From Paraspadella gotoi (Eukaryota; Animalia; Chaetognatha), in NCBI GenBank assembly GCA_051294375.1, contig CM119266.1, positions 18,408,087-18,472,086 of the forward strand: a stretch of 64,000 nt of DNA, in the 5' to 3' direction. The position numbers and the translations under genes are program-made. Positions within the stretch are counted from its first letter, which is position 1; the number at the start of each line of letters is the position of its first letter. This document shows, one piece after another, positions 39,694-50,300 of this stretch. The notes under the pieces are model-generated. The model did no database searches and had not been told where the DNA came from. It saw only the letters and a list, made by a program, of their open reading frames with translations.

Positions 39694-41659
39694 TCACTTG
39701 TCGAAGAGTTGATAGCCGCCGAAGCTGTTGCTTCCGCTGATGCCGGTGGAGTAGACAGCGCTGGAGGATGTGGAAACCTTAAAAAGGGATACGTCCGACT
39801 GTAAATCTATCTTTAAACGGTCTGTCAGAATGTCTGTCGCCGAGACTAACCCGCGGGACGGCGGAGTAAGGATAACGATCCCTCTCAGTCGGTTTCGAGC
39901 TAGAGTTGTACGACGATGACGACGAACAAGATGTATAGGAGGAATTGGAGTGATGTGGGGCGGATTGCCTTTTCCCCGTCTCACGGTGATAACTCTTGAA
40001 ATAAGGGTGGAATCTGTTGGGCTTCTTCTCCGAGTCGGGCTTAGGTGGGGTCACGGCCGGGCCAGGGGGCGGGGCCGGAAGTCCCGCCTTCTTAGCGTGC
40101 ATCTTTCCCTTAAGGTGGGCATCCAAATGTGAAGGGCTGTTGCCAACGAACTGTGAATGAGAAGATGTAAAGCATTTTCGCAATGACTCGTCCAATTCAA
40201 TCCTAAAGATCTGCAGAGATCATGAGCTTTCCTGGCGAACCTGACAAACGGCGCAAGAAAATCGCGAATTGGTCACGTTGATCGCTGGGGCCTTCAGCTT
40301 CTTGGCGTGCCTCTTGCCGGCCTGTAATAAGAAATGAACATGGCAAAACGGTTAAGTCATTATGATATATACAACATCGATGACTCTCGATCACCATATG
40401 AGCGATGTACGGAATTTCATTATTAAATTCAACGTCGCAAATTTCGCATTTAAAAATGTTGGCCGGCGTCGAGTTTCCGCCGCCGCTTTTCTTCTTCTTT
40501 TTCGACGGGTCTGTTCCAGGAAGTGGACCTGCAGGAGAGGCATCTGGTGAGAGTTTATTAGTTGGATGACTCATCGCACTTTATACGCACCTAGAGGCAC
40601 GTGAGGCAGGTACATGTCGGCGTCGACTCGCGACATCTTCGACTTGTGTTTCCTCCCGACGAGATGCATGTTCAGAATGTCCTCAGAGTTCATCCCAGTC
40701 TGGCATATGTTGCACCAGTACAGGCCCTAGGAGAAAACCAAGGACGACATGGAAGAAGTCGGCATTGTCGGCGAGGCAGTTTTCGGCATGGCGGATTTGG
40801 GGCGTGGCAATGTCGGGAAAACGGTTGTATGGCGTGGCAGATGTCGGCATGGCGGCGGAGGTATTTGCGGAAAAGAGGCGCGCGCAAAAATTGAAAATGA
40901 ACAATCGGGAAAAACCTCGAGGAGGGATTTTCACTTTTTTAGATCAAAACCTCGTGTGAAAGTTTCGACCTAAAAATTGTCAAAAGTCATTTTCAATTTA
41001 CTTTCTCCCTTTCCATTGGTCTAAGAAAACGGGACGGAAAGCGGGTGGGGGAAAATATGAGAGTGAGATTCTTTGATGAGTTAAGGAGATCAAATAAAAT
41101 TCCATAATTGATTATGACTTTTAAGACTTAAAAATTCCTTTAATAGTATGTATCCGAAAAATATACAAAATAATCATTTTACATAAAAGCACGCCTATTT
41201 AACATTATTTATAATTTAATAGATTTAGTTATTTTCTCTATCAGCTTCTTTTCTTTTTTTTCTTTTCGCCCCCTTTTCTCATTGGTTAAGAAATCTCCAT
41301 TTTAAAATAAAGAATTTCCAGTCGAGTTCAAATATCGTCATTAAGAAAACCAAGCAACACGCTCGTGCGTGGAACGCTTGGGGTTGCAATGGTTTTAGGG
41401 ATTTTCATAAATTTATTATTGTTGCAAAACAGTCAATAAATCTGCGGGACTTCCTCACCAGATAGAACGTCGTTGTCGGCTGCTTCCCAATGACCTCCGC
41501 CGTAGGCAGGCTGCAGGCGGCCGCGGCTTCGGACACCGCCGCCTCAACCTTCGAGGCCGACACCGTAGGACGGCTGCTGGCTGCGGCGACTGCAACGGAA
41601 TCTGGCGATGCCACTTCCACATTCACGGCCGATAAAGTCGGCTTGCCGGATGACGCCAT
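39694..41659 (-). CDS. Triple U1/matrin-type C2H2 zinc-finger protein (ZNF385/ZNF346/ZMAT-like RNA-binding)
   Basis: Three spliced fingers: YWCNICQTGMNSEDILNMHLVGRKH, FKCEICDVEFNNEIPYIAHM..GKRHAKK and FSCAVCQ|FVGNSPSHLDAHLKGKMHAKK. Final exon ends GGYQLFDK*. Confidence 0.8.
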
Positions 41660-41858
41660 TTTCCGGAAAAGGGGCTCGACTATTTTATCGGCGAAGGTAA
41701 GAATTAAAGTCCCAACTCTTCACTCGTGAATTCACTGCGAAAATGCGCGGAATAAATTAATTATAAAGGGCCTCTAAAAACAGAGCAAACAAATTAAACC
41801 AAAAAAAATAACTATGACAATACGTATCGCATTAGCTTTTCACTTCCTCCCTCGCCAG

Positions 41859-42302
41859 TCAATTTCTCGCCCTTCCCGATCCAAAGATCTTTTCGAAATC
41901 TTGTAGATTCCTTATCTCCTCAGGATTTCCGGTTCCAAAAACGCATCCCGCAGCGCCGATCGCTCGCGGCGCCGGGCGAGGATCTTCGCGGCGCCAGTCG
42001 GGTTTGTTCTCCACGAAGCCTTCGCGGCGCCAAGCGAGATAGCGCTCGTCTCGACGCCGACTGGCCACGCAGCGGGGAAAGAGGGTCGTCGAGGCGGAGA
42101 GCGTCATCCCGCGGCGTTGGAAGTCGGCGAGGACAACATCGACGACGCGGCCAGGGAATTCAACGTTGTTTAAGGCGTAAAGAAGCTGATATGGAGAGAA
42201 ACGGAGACGTTGTGATGAATTATGAGGGAAGTTAAAAGGTAGAGGCAAAGAGCACAATTACAGCATTTCTCCTCAAGTGACAATCTCGGTCAAAATCAAA
42301 GT

Positions 42303-42365
<63 letters not shown>

Positions 42366-45326
42366 TAATCATCACTTGCTCCTTAGTCAATCGTCGACCC
42401 GAGTCCCAATCCGAATGAGTCATGTAGACGTTCTTGAAAAAGGTCTCGCCCTTGAAGACAGACTGGAAGTTCTGGACGACGCCAGCGGAGACGAAGGGAT
42501 CGACGACAAAGTCGGCGCTGTTAGGACACGCCCACCTGGCGACGAGGTCATCGAGGCAAGCGTAACAGGCGCCGTCGAGGCGGCCGAATGAATTCTCGAG
42601 GCGTTTGAGGTCGGTGGCGACGGAAGCGTTGATGAGGACGACGTTGGGGTGAAGGAGGAGATGGTGGAAGGTGGCGGGAAGGACGGGGGATCCTAGGTGA
42701 AAAACAGGATTAGTAAAATTGTTAGAGGGTGAATGTTGTGGGCGATGCCGGCGGGCGAGAGAGATCGCACAAAAAAGACCGGGGAGGCCAACCGAGATTA
42801 GAACACACTCACACGTACTTTCTTATTAAATATGAAACACGATGCTCATAAGGGTGTAAAAGGGAATACAATGATATTAATCAATAAGCAAACAATATGC
42901 ATCGGTAATCAGTGAGTCTTTAGATGATCTTCTTCAGAGAATTGTCTCCGTAAAAATAAATACAACTAAAATTAATGGACCAAATAACGAAGAGGATTAG
43001 CAAGTGACCAATAAATGATACTAATGATAATTAAAACCAACCTAGATTTTCGTCAAGGATCATGCGCCGCAAGTTGACCACAGCGGCGTCGTTCTTGGCG
43101 CCGCCTGTCGTTCGCATTCCGACGACGGAGACGCCGCAGGATTCTCCGTTGGGAAGAAAAGCGGCGCCATCGAGGCGGCGTCGTGCCGACTCCCAGTGGT
43201 TAGAGATTCCCTGAGACATTTTCAACAATAAACGGCAAACCAATAACAATCTACAATAGAGTGATGTGAAAATAAATTTTAATTGTGGCGAATCCTAAAT
43301 TCGCCTCCCGTATAGCTTGGTGAAACTCAGCTCGTCCCATTGGCTTGGACAGCTAAGTACTCGTTCACCAACCTTGAATTTCGGGTTCAATCCTCTCGCG
43401 GTCACGCTGGTTAAAGTTAATTTAATTTAAATTGTAGGATCGAACCAAGAACTTATACAGTCCGAGTGATTCGATTATCGTCTGGGACCAACCAGGGTCA
43501 CAAAAGAATCATTTTTCGAATGTATATAATTATATTATAAACTTAACAATTACAATAAAAAGGGTCACCAACGAGATTCGATCCCGTAACTTTATAGCCA
43601 CGTTCTAAGCCAACTCATGCTCTCTCTCCCGCTATGGTAACAGTCTTGTCAGACACCTCTCAGGCTTGAGGAACCTGAGTGATGTCTTGGCCCGGGGATC
43701 CTGTGGCGGTATATTCCCACTGCCTCACTTCCACCATCGTTCAGCCAATACCATTGGCTCAGAGGGGGAACGCACCATCCCAGGTGTTGCGTTCCATCCA
43801 CAGTCCTTAGACTTCCCCCGTGTTGGCAAAGCGAGACCGTCCTATGGTAACCACGCCAGTTACTGGAGGCGTCAATGAGGATCGGAAGCCCCCAAACCGA
43901 ACAGTGAGATGCCCATCCATGGGCATCACAGGCAACCCGGCTGTTGCCCTAGTAGCATATTATACTATTTATGTAATAAGACAAAAGAACAACAACCACT
44001 AGATAACACTAGTGATTATTGTTATGGATTCTATTTGTAGAATCTCTCCACTTTTAATTTTTTTGCTCTCTTACAAAGGACATTTTTCATTGTTGATGTT
44101 TATTTATATTCTTTATATTTAATGTTAATGTTTATAATATAATTTTATACATTCGAAAAATAATTCTTTTGCGACCCTGGTTGGTCCCAGACGATGACCG
44201 GATCTTGTTTCGAACCTACAAAATTTAGCATATAGAACATAAAATTAAAAACCAATAAAAATACTTAGGTAAATGCATTTTTTAATCTTATACATTAGTG
44301 GGCACCAGTGAGCTATATTTATATATAGTATTAGTAATAAGTATATAATAGGCTAAAACTTTAAATGCAAATTTTTAAATTTTAAGTATGGATTTGGATT
44401 CCTTGCAAAAAGTTGATATAAGAAAGTATAATTCTTTTTTGAAAATTCTTGTCAAAAAAATAAAAAAAATATATTTAAACTATATATAACTATAGTATAG
44501 AAAAATATAATTTTTTTAATTTTAACCTACTAAATGACATAATTTTTGAAAAAGATTTAGATTTTCTTCTATCAACTTTTTATGAGGAATCTGAATCTGT
44601 TCTAATAGGGGTACAAGGGTAGTACTATATACAAAATAAGCTGACTGGGCTACAATATACGCAAAAGAAAAATAACTACAGATTTGTATTTACTAATATG
44701 ATAGTTTTTGATATAAATTTAATGAATATAAATAATAATAAATAAATATAAATTTTGATTCCAAACTTTCACTTCACCCTAATCCACAACCACCACAGCG
44801 CACCCACCAACAACCAATCCTAAACCCACACCTGCGTGTCCACTATCAACGGCAAAGTCCGTTCGTCCGCCTTTTGCGTTAACCGACAAAGAAAATTCTC
44901 TAATTCTGTGAACGTCTCCAAATAAAGACTCCAAGGGTCCACGATGCCGGACTCGTAGTCGGCGGCAACCCAGCGCCGCCCACTTTGCAACGGCGCCAAG
45001 CGACGCCGCGCTTTCTCGGCGCGACGACGAGCCCAGGAAGGGAGCGCGGCGAATGCGGGGTCGACTAGAGAAGACGCGACATTATCCTGGTGGCCCCTAA
45101 ACGAGTGACTCAAGTCGGCAACATCCTCGATGGACTCGCGGGGGTCGTTGTCATTCGTTTGCCTTAAAGTTTTTAGTTTATCATTGAAAGAACTGTTTCG
45201 AACGAGTTGATCACATTCGGCGAAATCAGGTCGACGAGGAGCGACGAGAAATTTGACGAATCGGGAATCGAAGTTCGATGGGAAAAACCGCGTAAAATGA
45301 TTGAAGGATTTTCGAAGGGAAATCAT
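41859..45326 (-). CDS. DnaQ-like (DEDDy, WRN/EXD2/mut-7 family) 3'-5' exonuclease domain protein, 4 exons
   Basis: ExoI WVAADYES; LPATFHHLLLHPNVVLINASVATDLKRL (ExoII); SDWDSGRRLTKEQ|LLYALNN (ExoIII). Confidence 0.72.
42306..42360. repeat. (CT)n microsatellite (others near 1855, 45800-45848 and 58116-58167)
   Basis: Perfect dinucleotide run. Confidence 0.95.
43433..44220. repeat. Inverted repeat pair (43433-43525 / 44146-44220) with tRNA-SINE-like heads, enclosing repeat copy B
   Basis: atcgtctgggaccaaccagggtcacaaaagaatcatttttcgaatgtata is the near-perfect reverse complement of tatacattcgaaaaataattcttttgcgaccctggttggtcccagacgat. B-box-like GGTTCGATCC/GTTTCGAACC at the outer ends. Confidence 0.7.
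43622..43949 (+). repeat. Hairpin-rich dispersed repeat, copy B
   Basis: Aligns with 52851-53090 and with the reverse complement of 2548-2799. Confidence 0.85.
44388..44600. mobile_element. AT-rich palindromic MITE-like element
   Basis: gattccttgcaaaaagttgata..gaaag.. versus ..ttcttctatcaactttttatgaggaatc form imperfect inverted arms. Confidence 0.5.
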
Positions 45327-45664
45327 TCCCTGGCGTAGTGGGGGGTGGGCGCGATAATAAAAGGTTCCACAAACAAAAACGTAAATCTGTAACCGTTACG
45401 AGAAACTTTTAACGACTGACGAAGCAACGACGCCGACAAACATTATTGGCTCAAAAAAAAAAAAAAAAAACCCAAAATTAAAGAGTAGCGTTTAACGTCG
45501 TCATATATCTCGTTAAAAAACGAATGTATGGTACCGAGTTATGGGTCTGCGACGAAAAAAAAACAAGTGTATCTCGATTCCCGAGTTTTTGTTTTAGAAT
45601 AAATAAATAGATGTTCGTCTTCACTTAAAGAGAAAAAAGTCCAAACTTTTAAAGATCAGCTACT

Positions 45665-45796
45665 CTATCCTCCAGAGGAATCACGGACCCGTTCTCGGAA
45701 TCTCCGATTTCGTTCCGGGTTTGTTGAACTTTCTGCTGTTGTTGTAGTCTTCCCAAATTTCATCTCTGTCATGGAGAAGAACACGTTAGCATATTA

Positions 45797-45851
<55 letters not shown>

Positions 45852-46910
45852 TGTCTCCCACAACGAGGTATCCCTCCGCATCCCAAACGATCGGCGGATC
45901 ATAAACTGGACCCGGAGTCGGAGGCTTCGAAAATCGCTGAGCTGCTACCACTACAGGCCCGGCTCTATAAAAGGGAAGTATTTGGTGTGGTTCTTAGACG
46001 CTTTGTTATATTTAGTAAAAGCTTTTAGAGTTAATTTACTATACTTCTAAATCTAGCAAAGGCAAAACAGACGTATGATCGTTAAAGAATTTCCCCTTAA
46101 TCCATTTTCCATTTCTAACCCAGAGCTAAGGAGACGCTGGGACTGATTGGTCATGACTAATGGCGGTCCCTTCTCACGACGCCCGTCCCTGCCGCAGTAG
46201 TAATTGTCAGCGAGGACATGAGAGGGTCCGCCGGGGAGGTTGGGCATCGGCCGGTCTGGCGTAGTCAACTCGTTCTTGTATCTGAACACCAGAGGCAAAG
46301 ATGGGGGGGTTAAAGACGCTTGAGCGATAAGGCGGAACAAGGTAAAAATTAAGAGTGCTGTAAGATAAATAACGTTAGGACAACGAAATTTAAAAAAAAT
46401 TTATATATTTTATGTATAGTTAATAACAGAAGCAATTAAAGTTTATCGTATTACTATATATGATAAAAAAAAGTTTTCAATTCAGAATTTTTAAAAACGG
46501 ATTCTGGTAAAGCAAAAAAAAAATTAAGGTAAAATGATGATGATGATTTTTAAGGGTTTTTCCCTTATTTGACCCATTTATCATCGAAATATTGAAAAAC
46601 GAATTATACTTTGTGTTGACAACTTTTTATGGGCTAATTTCTTCATTGCTTATGCATTGATAAATATTTAAATGTTTCAATGTTATACTGTGCTTCACAT
46701 AAGTATATGATGGACAAATAAATTTTGTATTACAGAACTCCTTATGATAAAAAGTGATCAATTTTGTCCAACCTTACTGAGCGCTCGACCAATTTGCCTC
46801 AAGTTGCTAGCGTACCTGTTGTGCTCGACGCTCTTCCGCCAGTTCAACAAGTCTCTGAGCCTCTGCATAAACGGGGTGAGGCATCGCCGCCCGGAGTAAG
46901 TGTACGACAT
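45665..46910 (-). CDS. NDUFA7: NADH dehydrogenase 1 alpha subcomplex subunit 7 (4 exons)
   Basis: LTPFMQRLRDLL..NRY|KNELTTPDRPMPNLPGGPSHVLADNYYCGRDGRREKGPP matches the CI-B14.5a signature GPSHKLSNNYYCTRDGRRE; KPPTPG downstream. Confidence 0.9.
46331..46773. mobile_element. Shorter copy of the TTAA-MITE family in NDUFA7 intron 1
   Basis: Shares both termini with 36504-37230 (ggcggaacaaggtaaaaattaag ... ccttatgataaaaagtgatcaattttg) but has a different, shorter interior. Confidence 0.75.
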
Positions 46911-47316
46911 CGCGGAAAAGCGGAAGTAAGTGACGTCAAAAAGATATTAATGAGTCACATCATATTTTTTTTTCGTTTCTAAAACACCGAAAAATTTGTG
47001 ACTTGTGTTAACAGCATAATCGTATGTAAAATCGCGGTAAAAAAAATCGCTGCCTTTTGAAGCGCCCTTTTTTTTCTTGCGAGAATACACAAAAAAGCGA
47101 GAACAGGAGATAACATTAACTACATATTCATAGCTAAAAACGCTAACATAACGAAGCTCTTATATAACAAAACTGTTGGGGTGGTTTTATGAAGAATCAT
47201 ATTCAAAAGGTATCACAAAATAATGATTATAAATCATAAGTCTTTTAAAGTCCGTTGACGAGAATTACGCTCCAACAAAACGACTGAGATCTTTAAAATT
47301 TTATCTAATCTCGAAT

Positions 47317-50300
47317 TCAAAATGGCGAATTCATTCCGAGCTTGGTGTCGAAGTTGAGACGTTGCAGTTTCTGTTGCCGGACAAAACGCTTGATCTCGGC
47401 GTGCTTGATTGCCTCGAGCTTGGCAAGGAGGACGAAAGGCCAGAGAAAGAGAAGCAGCCAGACGACGAGGGGGACTTCCGAGAGGCCAAAGGGGGAGGGA
47501 GAGCAGCCAGCTGCCGTCTGAGGTAGGATAAAGGGCTAAAGGTCACTCGCTTCATAAATTCATCATCCTAATCTATCCAAAAACCTGAATGATCCCGAAG
47601 ACGAGTTGGGCGACGATAACGACAACGGAGGCAATGGTCCAAGCGACATTCGAAGAGGGATTCCGTTGCCAAACGGAGTGATATCTGCCCGTGGAAGAGA
47701 AAGAAGGCTTAATGTAGAGGACCAAATAATTATTATGTATATTATGTACAGAGAACCTATACAAACCCAGATACTGCTAATTAGTTAATCGAATAATCAA
47801 TTAATTATATCACGTGATCTGTATCAATTCTAAGGATTAGGAATAATACAAATTAATATCAAAGGCGAACACAAACTTTAGTGGAACATTTTGAATTTAA
47901 ATCGTCTTTGCCACAAGTTTAAAATCAAAACGTAAATGAAATTAAGTTTGAATCAAATTTAAATGTTCACCAGAAGTTTACGACCAACCGGAGTATATGG
48001 TCTGCTTAATTAATCAATTAATTAATATTAATTCTAAAACGTTAACCTCACCTGTGGACGAAGACGGAGGAGGCGATGACGAGATCGACGACGAGAAAAA
48101 AGGCGACGACGTTTTGCGCGAGGACGACGCCCGGCGCGATTCCCGCATCACCTGGCAAGGCCAGCGTCTCGACGCCGGCGCCCTCTCGAAAAAAAGTGGC
48201 TTCAGTGGCGTTTGAATGAATGGAGGAAAAGTGAAGGAAAGGGGAACAGGCGCCAAGAGGAGAAGAAGAGAAAATGGCGCGCGTTTCGTTGGATCGAGAT
48301 GACGGCGTCGTCGTCGCTGTTTCGATCATCGGCGCCGCGATCGTCGACGTCTCAAGAGTCGGCGTCGCGGCGTCAGACCTCACTTCTCCCTCGTTGCAAA
48401 AAGAATGCAGTATGAGATAAAACGTAGCGAGTCGGACCTGGAAATAAAAATTATAAAAGGGAAAAGCAATTCAAACAATTTGTCAATATCTCGGAGAAGA
48501 ATTCCGCGACTGACCAACACTGTGGGTCCAAATTTGGCGATGGAAACAAGGCAATGGCGAAGAAAATAACTGGTGGAGAAAAAATCTTTCTTAGGAGGAG
48601 AAAGAGTCATCACGAAGGGATCAAGGGGGCAGCCGAGGAGAGAGGCGGAGAGAAGCGGGAGGATGACGAGGCACATCCACAGAATCTGGAAAAGAAAGAA
48701 AGTTTATAAATAAAAGGACGAGTTACTTTTAAGGTCTTTCTCACCAATGGCGCGTTGAGCGGTGAAGCGGCCAGCAAGGCAAGCGGCGCGGCGTGAAGTG
48801 CGACAAGGGTCAATTGCGCGCAGAGTTGGAATTCGGCGGCGGAGGCGGCGACTATGACGACGTGCCGGGCGACGGCCACGAGTGCCGCCACGAAGACGTC
48901 GCCTCCTCGACGGAAGAGGGCGACGCAAGCCAAAGAGTTGAGGCGGTCAGAGAGCCACAGTGGCGTGGAGGGAGGAGAAGAGGAGGAAGGGAGCGTTTTG
49001 GAGAGAACCACTGTGTCGTCTTCGCGGACCAGGCGGGAAGACGACGTTGTGCTGAAAATGGGAAATAAGGGACGAAGGTTTGGGGGAAAAAATAATTGAG
49101 AGAGAAAAAGTTTATTTTCTGTTTACAAACAACGAGTTTCGACTCTTTTTCGAGTCTTCTTCAGACTCGAAAAAGAGTCGAAACGTGTCTGTTTCAGAAA
49201 TAAAACTCGTTGTTTGTAAACAAAAATAAACTTTGTTTTCTCTCTTTTCACTCTGAAAAAAATAATATAAATATCAAAAATTCATAAGAAACCTTAAACT
49301 AAAGACAATGAGAAAGTAAAAATTGCTGAGCAGTTACTAACAAGTCGTTGCATACAAATTTCCTGATTTTAGATGTTACACTAACGGTCATCTCTCACTC
49401 ATCCTCAACCTTTATACCAGACATTCCCCAAATCTAATCTCTGATCCTTAATCCGTCCTCTCTAACCCTTTATCCCCTGTCTCCATGGAGCAGACCCTCG
49501 GATACATCGGCTCGACGGCGAAAGCGACGTCAGCGGTGGAGAACTGCCGCGCGTTGACAAAATTTGCTGCGCTGCCGAGGCAGAGAAGGCATTCGCCGTA
49601 CTCCTGCATGATGCGCATCATTTCCGTCGACGTCGCTGGAGTGCAGTCGGTGAAGAGGGAGACCTGACGTGGATATTGGAGGGTGAAAGAAAAGTGGTCA
49701 AGTTTCCAAAGTGGACAGACAGTTTAATAGATTTGCGGTCACCAAAAGCGGGACATTGTCGACGTGTTCCAGATGAGGACGCACGTTTCCGACTCCACGC
49801 GGGAGTTTGGCGCGATTGGAGAAGTCGATGGGGAAGCGGTCGGTGCTGGATGTCATTCCGGAGGTGGTGGGGTGGCTCGAGTTGCCCGTCAAAGCAGAGT
49901 TAGCGTCGTCGTCGTCCGTAACTCGCTCGGATCGAGTCGTCGACGCCCGGCGTCGAAAGGGAGCAAAGACGACGGCGTCGGCGTCGAGGATCGTTTCCGT
50001 CTGGAGAAAGAAGAAGAGGAGAATGATGATGAGGAGGAAGAAGTAGATTAAGTCATGAAAGTAATCAGCTTGACATCTCCAACTCACCGTCTCCGCTTCG
50101 CTCGTCTTCAACGTGGTCTCTACGGTGATCGGGTCCTCCTCTTCCTCCAAACCTGCGACATAGTCTTCAGCGGCGTCGTCGACCGACGTCGGCGACACGA
50201 GCGGCGCCGCGGATGACGAGGCTTCCCCTTCTCCCTCGGTCGACGAAGGATCGATGATAAAGTCGTCTTCGTGGAATCGAACCTGCGATGCGTCCTGATG

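Noticed and set aside
43335-43620. Functional tRNA genes
   Set aside because: Only A/B-box-like fragments are present; no complete cloverleaf or acceptor stem could be drawn.
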